From assembly GCA_951406725.2 (NCBI GenBank), contig OX597820.1:101494001-101558000 (forward strand): a stretch of DNA of 64,000 nt, read 5' to 3'. Source of the stretch: Octopus vulgaris. Taxonomy: Eukaryota. A program made the translations under genes and the position numbers. The notes beneath the pieces were generated by a model. The model saw only the letters and a program-made list of their open reading frames with translations, was not told the origin of the DNA and made no database searches. The number at the start of each line of letters is the position of its first letter. The stretch's first letter is position 1. Of the stretch, positions 1 through 12,412 are shown in pieces.

Positions 1-314
1 ATTTGCTTCACCAATATCTGTTTCATCCTCAAACTCCCTCTCGTTTTACTTTCTCATATACGCGCTTTTATTTCACTCACCTAAATATTACACAAATACC
101 AATACTCTACAACTTCACTAACTTCTACAGTTATATTCTACACTTGCTAGTCTCAACACATATAGAGCACGCTAAAACACTACTTTTGTGTCCATCTTGC
201 AGACCTATGTCTATATACCTAGCCCTTCCAACCTTCTTAACGTCCCCTATAGAACAACATTCCCACGTGGTTTCTAACACTCCGCCCGATTTCCCTCTAA
301 TTGACTATTTCTCC

Positions 315-356
315 TTTTCTCTTGACGAAGTACTAACACCTGAAACGTTAAAACAC
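315..356 (+). ncRNA. Degenerate minimal hammerhead-like motif
   Basis: TTGACGA-ag tactaacac ct-GAAAC-GTT, with palindromic AACGTT and a weak stem I. Confidence 0.35.
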
Positions 357-958
357 TTTGTTCTTTAGTTAATATTTTATTCCTCATGTGTTGTCCTTTT
401 TTCTGTTCATTCTATTTACACAATACATACATACACGCATACAAATATACATAAACACACACGTAAATATATGCATGCATGTATATATATATATATAGGC
501 ACATACATTCCTATGTATACGCATACACATACAAACATATATAGGTGCTATTTAGTCAAAGGTTTAAAAGTTTGATTTGGAACCACGAGGTCTCAGGTTC
601 GATGTCGCTACGTGACATCTCGGATAGATCCATATCTTGTGAGTGAAACTGGGTAGTCGGAAACTGTATAGAAGCCGTCGTGTAAATTCATTTAAGTTTG
701 TGCATTAATATGGTATTTAATAATGTTTATTCTTTCGTCGTGGCTTTGATTATTTTATGATCTAGTTTGTGCGTAATACACAAATATGTGACTAGAATTT
801 TATATTTTTCATCGCAATACCTTTTTATGGTTGTACTTCTGCATGATGTCTCGCATTAATTATCTTATGGTCAGTTTGTATATAATAAATAATAACATTC
901 TCTAATGGCATGGACTATATATACGATATCCAACTTAATAGGGTATTGTATATGATAT

Positions 959-1139
959 CTAGTAATATTCACTGACAGTTCTTGATATTGAACTACGACT
1001 TGTTGATAAAGAGATTTCCGATGAATAATCACGTGACATATTAAATTTGCGTTGACCAGCGGAGTCTTTAATGTTGCAGCAAGGCTTGAAAAATCGCCGT
1101 CCATAAGAACAAGCTTTAATAGCAGCTGTCTTGAATTGA
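959..1139 (-). CDS. Class A GPCR last coding exon (helix 8, C-tail, stop)
   Basis: Pyrimidine tract ending cttcacag|T CAA TTC AAG... encodes (S)QFKTAAIKACSYGRRFFKPCCNIKDSAGQRKFNMSRDYSSEISLSTSRSSISRTVSEYY*. Helix-8 F-K, a CC palmitoylation candidate, a Ser/Thr-rich tail and TAG at 959-961. Confidence 0.9.
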
Positions 1140-1210
1140 CTGTGAAGAAAAAAGGTAAAATGTCAAAAGGGAAATAATTTTAGCCATGAAATTAAAATGA
1201 AAAGCCGTAA

Positions 1211-1305
<95 letters not shown>

Positions 1306-1444
1306 TACATAGATACGTCATGTAAAATAATAATTATAATAACAATGAAAACAGAAATTTGGCAAAATGATGCAGAAAGCATCTACCAAATGAATTTAAT
1401 AATTATGTTCAGACAATATGTATCAGGAACATTTCTTATTTCAA

Positions 1445-2159
1445 TAATAAGGGTGAAAAATTAAATATTAATTTCATTAATATCAATTTAAAACCAGTGG
1501 CCTAGAATTTTGAAAACCTGAAGATTCAGAAAAACTATATTATATACATATAATAGGGTTGACCACTAAGTGGATATCCATCATGCTAGAAGTAGACCCC
1601 TTATGGTCTTACCACTAAGAAAAGATTGTTTTCAAGAAAATTCAGCAAACCCCAGAACATAAACGAGCAAGACAAATGAAAAGATACAAAATATAAGTAT
1701 TAATCACAAACCCGGTTTCATTGTTACCACTTACGTAAATGTCCGTAATTCATCAGTGTGATCGTCATAGCAAAATATAGTATGTAGAACTATACACGAG
1801 ACGTCCGCATGAGACTGAACATGCATATAGTTCTACCTATTACATTTGGGGTTATATTTCAAAAGTCTTCGTTCTGGCACGCCAAAATACCGAAAATAAT
1901 TCTGCCGGTAAGAGAACATAGTTATTTTAATTTAAGTAATAAGGGTGAAAAATTGAATATTAAATTGATATTAATCAAATTAATATTCAATTTTTTACCC
2001 TTTTGAAATATAACTCCAAATGTAATCGGTAGAACTATATGCATGCTCAATTTCATGAGGACGTTTCGTGTATAGTTCTGCATATTATATTTTGCTATGA
2101 CGATCACATAGGGGGTCTACTTCTAGCATAATGCATATCCACATAGTGGTCAGCCCTCT

Positions 2160-2162
<3 letters not shown>
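1445..2162. mobile_element. Older HHR-bearing element related to the 534-bp unit (tandem plus inverted copy)
   Basis: taataagggtg at 1445 and 1937 (492-nt period) and accagtggcctag are shared with the 534-bp unit. Inverted segments at 1757-1864/2001-2108 and about 1550-1603/2109-2162. Ends in (TA)n. Confidence 0.65.
1702..1763 (-). ncRNA. Type I hammerhead ribozyme motif
   Basis: gatcaca-CTGATGA-attacggacatttacgtaagtggtaacaat-GAAAC-cgg-GTT-tgtgatt. 7-bp stem I, intact core, GUU triplet, imperfect stem II. Confidence 0.7.
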
Positions 2163-2198
<36 letters not shown>

Positions 2199-2475
2199 AT
2201 ATGTATATATGTCTATATCTGTCTATCAATTTGTTTGTCCGTCTGTCTATCCATCCATCCACACATACACATAAACACACACACACATACATACATACAT
2301 ATGCACACACATACACACACACAATCGTAAATAAGGGCAAAAGAAAAAAAATTCTTTGCCAATATGCTGAAAAATAGACGCTAAATCGTCTAACCACATA
2401 AAATATTTTCACTTATATTATTACACCACGTGTCGAAACGAGGAAAGCAAGCTAACAAAAATTCATAAAAATATA

Positions 2476-2544
2476 GTTAACCGCGAATCGGTTCCGATTT
2501 CTGGATTAATCCAAATAGGATTCTTCCTTCATCAGCGAGTAACA
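2476..2544 (-). ncRNA. Degenerate hammerhead-like motif
   Basis: gttactcg-CTGATGA-...-GGAAC-cg-ATT-cgcggttaac. GAAA is mutated to GGAA. Confidence 0.35.
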
Positions 2545-2719
2545 CAAAATGAAAATAAATGAAATATTTTGACACAACCACGGAAAAGCAGATGCAAAGT
2601 CATGAATACATTTAAGTACCCCAAATATATCCAAATAGAAATTCCGTAGCAAGCCTCGACACAAGTCGGTCAGGAAATGCACACAAGTGGTTAACCAGTC
2701 TCAAAGTGAATGAGAATTA

Positions 2720-3730
2720 ATTTATTTCTAATATAAGGTTAAAATTTTATCAAAAAAGTTTAAAGGAAAATAGGACAAGATAGAAAATACTAAAATAATT
2801 TTATCATGAAGAACATTTTAGTATCGGTTTCAGCCTTTGCGACTTTTTCAACATAGAGTAAAGTATGAAAAACAATTAAACTGTGGAAAAATTAAATAAA
2901 ATGCTTTTTGAAAAAATATTTCCGGTTTTCAAATAGGAGGACATTTTATTTTTTTCTGTCTGTCTGTCTCTCTCTTTTACTTTTGAAAAGGCTCAGTAGG
3001 TAGGTAGTAGCAGATCTGAGGAAATATTTAATATGAGAGACATTGGTTCTGAATTTTGATTTTTTAAACAGCAGTAGCCGAGGAAGGAGACGAAGAAGAA
3101 GAAGAAGAAGAAGAAGAAGAAGAAGAAGAAGAAGAAGAAGAAGAAGAAGAAGAAGAAGAAGGAAAAGACGGGAGTGGTATGACAGTAGTAGACTGTTCGT
3201 AGAGTCTTCTTAAATGGTCAAGTGACCTAAAATTGACCTGTCGTGGTTATAGCAATAGTGACTGGAATTGTTCTGAATAAATTCATGGGTAATGACTGTT
3301 CTGAATATATCGTTTTTAATATTTGCCTGGGTATTATTCTAAGGCCCTTGTAGTAGTGTCTTCTGTGGTGGAAGCATTCAAAAGGGGTTTATATTTTGCG
3401 ATAAAATATGATTCTTTGCTAGCTAATGCACTGATTATAGGTTGCATCATCCCTGAATTCTAAAGTTGGGTTGTTCGTTAGTGGCACAAATGTCGATGAG
3501 TTCGCTAAAAGCTATTATTATGTATTTGAGATTACAGAAAAATAGCATTTAGCAAACACATCGACATTTGCGCCTCTAACGAACAACCCAACTTCAGAAT
3601 TTTTCCCCTCTATTAATTCAGGGACGATGCAATCTATAATAAGCGCATTAGCAAAGAGCCATATTTTATCGCAAAATATAAACCTTTTGAATGCTTTCAC
3701 CACATATACACTACTATAAGGGCCTTAGAA
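2720..3730. mobile_element. Penelope-like element 3' remnant with inverted duplication
   Basis: 3337-3730 is an imperfect hairpin. The + arm translates SKHIDICASNEQPNFRIFPLY...KRISKEPYFIAKYKP, resembling a Penelope GIY-YIG C-terminus. The minus arm is followed by an HHR-like motif. Confidence 0.6.
2814..2860 (-). ncRNA. Hammerhead-like variant (TTGAAAA core) downstream of a Penelope GIY-YIG remnant
   Basis: TTGAAAA-agtc gcaaa ggct-GAAAC-cg-ATA. Stem II pairs but the core is non-canonical. Confidence 0.35.
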
Positions 3731-3840
3731 GAATGATTTCTTTATTACCCACAAGGAGCTAAGGTGCTCTAAAGGTAAATACCGTAGGGTTCGGCGTTGT
3801 AAAAGAACATCCACATTATGTTGGCTATGAATACGCCTTT

Positions 3841-4575
3841 TACATACATACATACGTACATACATACATACATACATACATACATACATACATACATGCA
3901 TACATGCATACATACATACATACATACATGCATGCATACATACATACATACATACATACATACATACATACATGCATGCATGCATGCATACATACATACA
4001 TACATACATACATACATACATACATACTTACACACATCCATCCATACATACATACTTACACACATCCATCCATACATACATACTTACATACATACATACA
4101 TACATTCATACATACTTACATACATACATGCATGCATGCATACATACATACATACATACATACTTACATACTTACATACATCCATACATACATCCATACA
4201 TACATACATCCATACATACATCCATACATACATACATACATACATCCATCCATCCATCCATCCATACATACATACATACATACATACATACATGCATACA
4301 TGCATACATACATACATACATACATACATGCATACATACATACATACATACATACATACATGCATGCATACATACATACATACATACATACATACATACA
4401 TGCATGCATACATACATACATGCATGCATGCATACATACTTACATACATACATACATACATGCATACATACATGCATACATGCATACATGCATACATACA
4501 TACATACTTACATACATACATACATACATGCATACATACATGCATACATGCATACATGCATACATACATACATAC

Positions 4576-4606
<31 letters not shown>

Positions 4607-4727
4607 CATACATACATACATACGTACATACATACATACATACATACATACTTACATACATACATACGTACATGCATACATACATACATACATACATACA
4701 TACGTACATGCATACATACATACATAC

Positions 4728-4758
<31 letters not shown>

Positions 4759-5079
4759 CATACATACATACATACATACATACATACATACATACATACA
4801 TACATGCATGCATACATACATACATACATACATACATACATACATACATGCATGCATACATACATACATGCATGCATGCATACATACTTACATACATACA
4901 TACATACATACATGCATACATACATGCATACATGCATACATGCATACATACATACATACTTACATACATACATACATACATACATGCATACATACATGCA
5001 TACATGCATACATGCATACATACATACATACTTACATACATACATACATGCATACATGCATACATGCATACATACATAC

Positions 5080-5110
<31 letters not shown>

Positions 5111-5195
5111 CGTACATACATACATACATACATACTTACATACATACATACACACACACACTCACACGCACACACACATACACACACATATATAT
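3841..5195. repeat. ~1.35 kb compound (TACA)n/(TGCA)/(TCCA) microsatellite
   Basis: Directly visible. It generates the YIHT/MYVC pseudo-ORFs. Confidence 0.97.
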
Positions 5196-5206
5196 GTGAT
5201 ACTTAC

Positions 5207-5385
5207 GATGACATGGCCATGAATATGTATGGGTTTGTACAACTGTTCACTACAACAAGACCGTCAAAGATTTGAATAAGTAGCGGCCTATTTTCGGATG
5301 TTTTCACCATAATTATTCGGTACACCATCGATGGTCCCCAGAATATAACGAATGATACAAGTATTAAAATCATCATCTTGATCAC
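5207..5385 (-). CDS. Class A GPCR exon (TM6, ECL3, TM7)
   Basis: ttctttaag|GTG ATC...TCA TC|gtaagt encodes VIKMMILILVSFVIFWGPSMVYRIIMVKTSENRPLLIQIFDGLVVVNSCTNPYIFMAMS(S), with FxxxWxP and NSxxNPxxF motifs. Confidence 0.94.
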
Positions 5386-6280
5386 CTTAAAGAAATTGAA
5401 AAGAAAATATATTTTCAAAAAATAAAGATAATTAATTTTGGTTACATTTCTCTAATTACAAAAAGTATCACACAGCGTTTTTCTATCCATCAGTAACCTC
5501 TGTTATTTTCTCTCTCAGTAACCCAACACCTATCTTTCTACTTCATTTATCGTTGGCTTGACTAAAGCGTCGAGCTGGCGGAATCGTTAGTACGCCGACA
5601 AAATGCTGAGTGCTTTCCTTCCGTTTTTTTTTTGTACTGTGTTCAAATGCCGTCAAAGTCATCTTTGCCTTTCATCCTTTCGTGGTCGATAAAATAAATA
5701 CCAGTCGAGTACCGAGATCGGTGTAATCTACTTAGCCCCTGCTCCTAAAATTGCTGACTTTGTGCCAAATTTGAAAACATTATTTAAACCTTGTCTAGTA
5801 GACAAGATTATTAATTATTACCATGACCCTTATACATCTATCGCACCCGACCTTCTCTTCCAAATGATTCTCCTTGGTGACTTAGTACTCAGCACTAGTA
5901 TTTTCCAAAGTATTTGCTCGAAACGTCGATAATTTTCCATATCCCACATCGTCAATTATATTTACATTACTTTTATTTTAATAACCTGAACATTATCTTT
6001 GAGTTATTTGTTATCATCACTCCTCCGATTCTAGATTCTATCTTACATAGAAATAAGTTTAGTACATATACACACATTTTGTCTCACAGTAAAAAAATAT
6101 AATGGTTAAAGGTCGGAGTTAAAATAAGGAAATCGCAATTTCGTAAGCAGTTTTACTTTTCGCTTAGTAAATGCTCCACACAATAATAAGTTCAGAGAAT
6201 TCTCTAAATATAGCAAGGATATTTGGAATTCCTACATTCGTTGTAGCGCAAATAGTGATAAAAAAACAGACAAACCTTAG

Positions 6281-6870
6281 GTTAGTTCAAATATGTGACA
6301 TATTTTCATTCTAGAGGAAATTTCACTGTAGTTTACCGCAAAGAAAAAAAAATTTCGCCAATGGTAAGGTATAAACACAGTATTATCAGCTTGGTGTCCT
6401 CTCTTGGACTCCTAGATGCATTTCTAGCTTGTCATGCCTTCTTTCGTTGGAGATACCAAAGAGAGATAACCCTGAGCTGATTAGAAACTGTAGCTTTATA
6501 ACAGAACAAGTGACTGATTTGCACTCGCCGACCGCCCGGTCAGAACAAATGCATTAGCAGTAGCGTGGGGCAGTGATGAGAAATAAATATACTTTAAAGT
6601 TAGTTCAAATATTTGTGACATATTTTCACCACAGTTTATCATGGAGAAAAACTTCTCGCTTATGGTAAGATGTAAGTATACTATAATCTCTCCTTCGTAT
6701 TTCCTACTGAGGAAGATATAACAAGCCAGAAATGCATCTAGGAGTCAAAGAGAGGGAGCCACTGAGCAGATAATGCCGTATTTACATTTTACCATAAGCG
6801 AAAACATTTTCTCCGCTGTAAGTTGCAGTGAAATTTCCTTGAGAAGTGGAAATAAGCCACAAATATTTTT
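6281..6870. mobile_element. Non-coding element with direct and inverted segments and an HHR motif
   Basis: gttagttcaaatat(tt)gtgacatattttca repeats at 6281 and 6599. Inverted arms at about 6288-6435/6718-6868. Confidence 0.55.
6701..6744 (+). ncRNA. Type I hammerhead ribozyme motif (stem II decayed)
   Basis: ttccta-CTGAGGA-agatataacaagcca-GAAAT-gc-ATC-taggag. Stem I ttccta/taggag, palindromic ATGCAT stem III. An inverted partial copy lies at about 6408-6447. Confidence 0.6.
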
Positions 6871-6886
6871 GTAGCATCCTAAAGTT

Positions 6887-6917
<31 letters not shown>

Positions 6918-7901
6918 CTGTGTGTGCGTGTGTGTGCGTGCGTGCATGCGTGCGTGCATGCGTGCGTGTGTGTGAAGCGCGTGATTTATTGGTTAGAGTA
7001 TTCGGCTTATGATCGTAAGGACGTGAGTTCAATTTCCGGCGATGAGTTGTGTCCTTGTGCAAGACACTTTTTTTCACGCTGCTCCAGTTCACTCAGCTGG
7101 CAAAAAGGAGTAGTACCTATATTTCAAAGGGCTAGCATTTTCACACTTTGTGTCACGTTGAATCTCCCTGAGAACTACGTTAAGGGAACGCGTGTCTGTG
7201 GAGTGCTCAGCCACTTACATGTTAATTTCACGAGCAGGCTGTTCCGTTGATCGGAACAGCTGGAACCCTCACCGTCGTAACCGACGGAGTGCCAATTATA
7301 TATGCACTCATAACTATACCATGTATGTCAAACTTGTCGGCGGCCATCTTAATTATCACACCTCAGAGCTTCTACTTATATGTCGTTCGCAAACTGAACA
7401 CTTAAAACTATTTTCTTCTGTTTATCCTCTCACGAATACTTTTTCTTTTTCAAAGCAGCAAGGTATGATTTGATCGAACTTTGACCGCCTTTTTCTAGCT
7501 GGCCGATAACGAATTCTTTATTGAAGTTTTTATAAAGTTATTTTGTTTAGTTACTTAGAGTGGGAAAACAGGTTAAACTTCATATATAAATATGCATAAA
7601 TATTGCATAGTATGTGCACTAATGTGTACATAATACGCAACGTGTCCTCCATTTGATGTTTACGACAAAAATTATCACATAAATTAAAATCTGAATGGAT
7701 TATCAGAAAGTATTTCAAACTAATTCTATACGACACCGACCTGAAAAAAACAAAACAAAAAAAAAAACAAGCGAACACATGGGCGACATTCGAACAATGT
7801 ATGTATCGTTCCATATTTCCCCGCCTAATAATAAATTACATATAATATAATACCAAGTAATCTATATTATCAAATAAAAATGAATATTATTTCTATAATA
7901 C

Positions 7902-7965
7902 CTTCATTCTTCCCTTATAATCATTTCCTTTCTTTGTATTTTGCTTTGTTTCTTCAGCGCCGGCA
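7902..7965 (-). CDS. Class A GPCR small exon (ICL3)
   Basis: ttgttttag|T GCC GGC...ATG AAG|gtatta, 64 nt, encodes (S)AGAEETKQNTKKGNDYKGRMK. It supplies the phase-2 to phase-0 bridge needed and yields the basic KGRMK-VIKMM lead-in to TM6. Confidence 0.85.
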
Positions 7966-8319
7966 CTAAAACAATATAAAGAAATGTGTTAATAACTGGA
8001 AGGCGTCAGTGATATAACATAAATCTAGATCTAATCTAGCAGCGAGTGAACAACTCCACCCAGTTAATTCGAATGCCATTTGTTCAACTCCACTCCCTAT
8101 ATATATAAATTTAATGCACAACAGAAAGAGCTACCAATAGTTTTATGCTTTTAGCATACTTTAACTAGGTATATTCATAAAATACACGATACATCTCAAG
8201 CAATCTTTCAGACTCTACATAAAAGCATAAAACTATTTGTAAGCTCTTTCGCTTGGGTATTAAATTGATATTTATCTCTCACTCTTTTTTGTTGATTCTA
8301 CCTCTATTGGAGCTATAGA

Positions 8320-8370
<51 letters not shown>

Positions 8371-8500
8371 AAACGCTTAATATATTAATGTGAAGACTGC
8401 ACTATTATCTAACACATATACGTAGGCACACACACACACATGTAGTCGTCATATATATCTACATCACTTTTTCTCGTTTCCTCAGCCTCGTTCTCTCTCC

Positions 8501-8545
<45 letters not shown>

Positions 8546-8559
<14 letters not shown>

Positions 8560-8755
8560 ATTGAGGTAATCAGATCAGATGGTTCATATTTGTAGATATT
8601 TATTTATATATTACATTTTTTACATATATATCATATCATTTGGATTAGCGCTTGCTCCCATTCTAGTGGGTTTTCAAATCAAATCAGTTGTGGGTAGTTT
8701 GAACCTTTTTATAGTTTCGTAGTAGTGGGTGAGGAGGAAGTGAGACAGAGAGAAA

Positions 8756-8819
<64 letters not shown>

Positions 8820-9015
8820 GTGTGTGTGTGTGTGTGCGCATTTATATCTGAGAGTGAAGAAGTGTTATTTCCGTGACCCCAAATGACATTTGCCAGGCCA
8901 ACCTATGCACAACACACACTCAGTGACATTGAAATGGACAGCCAAAGTTCTTATAAAACCACAGGGGGTCCAGCAGACCAACGGAAATAACACTTCTTCA
9001 CTCTCAGATATAAAT

Positions 9016-9093
<78 letters not shown>

Positions 9094-9309
9094 ACATATT
9101 TTCTCTCTGTCTCACTTCCTCCTCACCCACTACTACGAAACTATAAAAAGGTTCAAACTACCCACAACTGATTTGATTTGAAAACCCACTAGAATGGGAG
9201 CAAGCGCTAATCCAAATGATATGATATATATGTAAAAAATGTAATATATAAATAAATATCTACAAATATGAACCATCTGATCTGATTACCTCAATTTTTC
9301 TAATATATA
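8546..9309. repeat. Near-perfect ~330 bp inverted repeat (106 bp spacer) containing (TG)n/(CA)n
   Basis: 8546-8874 is the reverse complement of 8981-9309 apart from microsatellite length. Adjacent to (TA)n. Confidence 0.9.
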
Positions 9310-9489
9310 ATACCTGTACATCATCTCCAAACCTTCCGATATATATATATATATATATATCACGTGATCACGTGACCGACCAGGCTATCAGATGTTGCTA
9401 CACATCGCTGGTCACAATGCGCTTCGCATTGTTTTAGCCTTCAAATGACGCCACCCCGCTGGCTAAGCGAGCAGGCCAATATATACATA

Positions 9490-9547
<58 letters not shown>

Positions 9548-9559
9548 CACACATATGTA

Positions 9560-9623
<64 letters not shown>

Positions 9624-9754
9624 TACTCTTTCTACGCTATTGATCCGTTTACATTCTTATTTTGCCAACTTTATTTCAGTTCTGATTTACACTGTGTTGC
9701 GAGCAAGCCGAAACTTCCAAGTCACTGTCAACTTTTTCTTTGCGAAAGCTAATA

Positions 9755-9790
<36 letters not shown>

Positions 9791-11284
9791 TGTGTGTGTG
9801 TGCGTGCGTGCGTGTGTGTGTGCGTGTGTGCGTGTATGTGTGCGTGTGCGTGTGTGTGTTTGTGCGTGTGCGTGTGTGTGTGTTTGTGCGTGTATGACTT
9901 AAAGCTACAACCAGTAGTGGAGCTCTTGTTCGTGAGTTCCAGGGTTTTGAAGAGTGTGGAACTGCTTCTTAGCTACCATTGCTTTTAGGTCTACTCTGCC
10001 GGGGTCTCAGCTTGATTTAACTAAGCCCGCACTCAGATGGATTCTTCTGAGAGCGGAGACAAAGAAATACCCTTGGCTGGTGTCAGGACGTGCTGTAAAA
10101 CCACCGAGAGTGAGGGACCCGTAGCTGTTACCACAGTATCCTTTTAGGAGAGGGACACTCTTATGTAAAACCCGCAGATTTACGTGATTACTAGTAATCT
10201 CTCTTTGGTCTGCGATTAGGTACTAATCACAGAAACTCAGAAAGTGGTACTCGTATTGTACAAGCGTTCATTACTATAATCCAATGTCGTACAGATGTCT
10301 CTATATGGTGACCCCATTAAGCATGCCATCTACTGAAAATCCTATGAGGATGGCAGACTGGTGACCTGTGCAAATCTAAACAGCTGGAAGCTCACAGTGA
10401 GTTATAACTTTGGTCTGTCACCTAAGCTCCAAGCCATGCAGATCTGCAATGGGATTTAATATAGAGATGAGAAGACATGAACGGATAATCAAAACTGTTA
10501 TTGACAACGTGGAAGCACAAGACGATGGCAATCATCTGTGCAGATGGAGCAATCGCTATGTATGTATGTATGTATGTATGTATGTATGTATGTATGTATG
10601 TATGTATGTATGTATGGATGGATGGATGGATGGATGGATGGATATATGCATGTATGTGATTTCTGATTTACGCACAAGGTCATTAATTTTGATGAGCTGT
10701 GAGTTAGTCGACACGATCGGCAAGGCACCCACATAAACATTAAAGGTGAAATTTTTTGTTCCTGCTCCCATGAGCGCCGATATACCACAAAAAACTGGTT
10801 GGCCTCACCATAAATGCAAACATTGGATCTCCACTCTCCCATTAATGTTTCCATTGACCGCAGTTTGAAATTCATATTCTCTACACCCATCTTTGATATA
10901 TATTCATGCCCATGCATACTAAATTTTAAAATTTACTCCGACCATCTCCATTCCTACTGCCCATCCTCACTCCCAATCTTTGTATCTCTGCCCATCCAGC
11001 TCTCATCTATCCTATAAGTAAATATATTGTATACCAATACATAGAACATAACTCCAGTGAATTAACTATTGTTTCTCTTTGCGTTTAACCTGGATGATTT
11101 CTTCACGAATTTCGTTTTAGTGTTTTTCTTTTACAACAGCCATAAGACCCACAAACTAGATATGACACTTTCAGACCCAGTGACAAAAGCCCACGCCATA
11201 CTATTCTTTTCGACCATTTCTGATGATTCTCAACTTCTGGTATGAAACCAGCTGATAATTTGTCTATTATGACATTATTAATAG

Positions 11285-12142
11285 TACGATGTCTGACCAA
11301 TAAATATCCGGGCTGTTGCCGTTGTAACGAAGCTAAAGCACGCAGAGTAAAGCCGCTTGACTAAGTTTTAACGTTCTAGCTCACTTCCGCTGCTTACAGC
11401 AGTGCTTGGATGGAAAATGTGTAGTGTGTGATTGTCAAATTGACCAGTACAGAGAAAGTTGAACAGAGAATCTGCATCAAATCTTGCTGAAAGCTTGGCG
11501 ATACCTGCTCAGATGCCTACGCAAATTTTTCAAAAAGTTTTCATCGTTCTCTACACAATCAAGGAGATCTTGTGAAACTGAAATCCGAGTGTCTTTTTGG
11601 CCAGCTAAAGAACAGTTTTGGCACAAACTTGGCAGATACGCGTCTTATACCCAAATCTTCAGTGGTAATGGACAGAAATGAACCGTAACTAATCTGCACA
11701 TCCTCTGATAACTCACGGATGACGATTCGACGATTTACCCTCACAGCTGCACGCACATCTGCGATGTTTTTCTCAGTTCTGCTGGTTGCGGGTGTCCCAG
11801 AATGTTCGTCATTGTCGACATATTTTCGGCCGTCTTGGAAACGTCTGAACCACTCGTACACTTGTGTGCAGCTCATACACCCTTCTCCGTACACTTTCTG
11901 CAACTTTGTGTAGGCCTCTAAGCAGATATCACCATGACAACTTTCTCTGTCATGGTGAATGTGAGGGTCACACGCTACACACTTTCCTTCCAAGCACTGC
12001 TGTAAAGAGTAGAAGTGAGCTAGAACGTTGAAACTTAGTGCGCATCCATAGCAGAGTTTAAGGTCAATCTGTGCCAAGCGGCTTCACTCAGCGTGCTTTA
12101 GTTACGTTACTATGTCTAGATACTTATTGATCCGAACTCATA
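11285..12142 (-). mobile_element. Mariner-derived foldback element with transposase HTH remnant
   Basis: Minus ORF ...LQKVYGEGCMSCTQVYEWFRRFQDGRKYVDNDEHSGTPATS...VSAKFVPKL is a mariner N-terminus. The + arm carries EQRICIK from the same N-terminus. Long inverted termini. Confidence 0.8.
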
Positions 12143-12197
12143 TATACATATACATCTAAAGAAAGAAAGAAAAGCTATAAGTAATAATAGTAATTAC

Positions 12198-12412
12198 CTG
12201 ACGGTTTGAATGCCTTGCATCACCTGTGATTTTTGTGCACTCTTCCACAGGGAGTGACAACTGCAACTGTAGGCAAACACCATCACCAGAAAAGGTAGGA
12301 AGAAGAGAATGCCCAAGTAATAAGCAAAAAACGCATATAAGTGCTCGTCTTTTTCGAAGTTCTGGCGGCATTCATAGCCATCGAGCAAACGTAAATTTGG
12401 TTGGTAAGTTTT
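12198..12412 (-). CDS. Class A GPCR exon (ECL2, TM5, start of ICL3)
   Basis: tttcag|AAA ACT...GTC AG|gtaatt encodes KTYQPNLRLLDGYECRQNFEKDEHLYAFFAYYLGILFFLPFLVMVFAYSCSCHSLWKSAQKSQVMQGIQTV. Has the ECL2 Cys and TM5 FxLP...Y pattern. Confidence 0.93.

Noticed and set aside
3818-5275. 485-aa ORF and other long YIHT/MYVC ORFs
   Set aside because: Translation of a stop-free (TACA)n microsatellite. The same applies to the YIYI, CVCV and polyV/T/S ORFs elsewhere.
9676-9727. CTGATTT...GAAAC-ttccaa-GTC with cagt/actg flanks
   Set aside because: Two essential core positions differ and there is no stem II. Could be chance.
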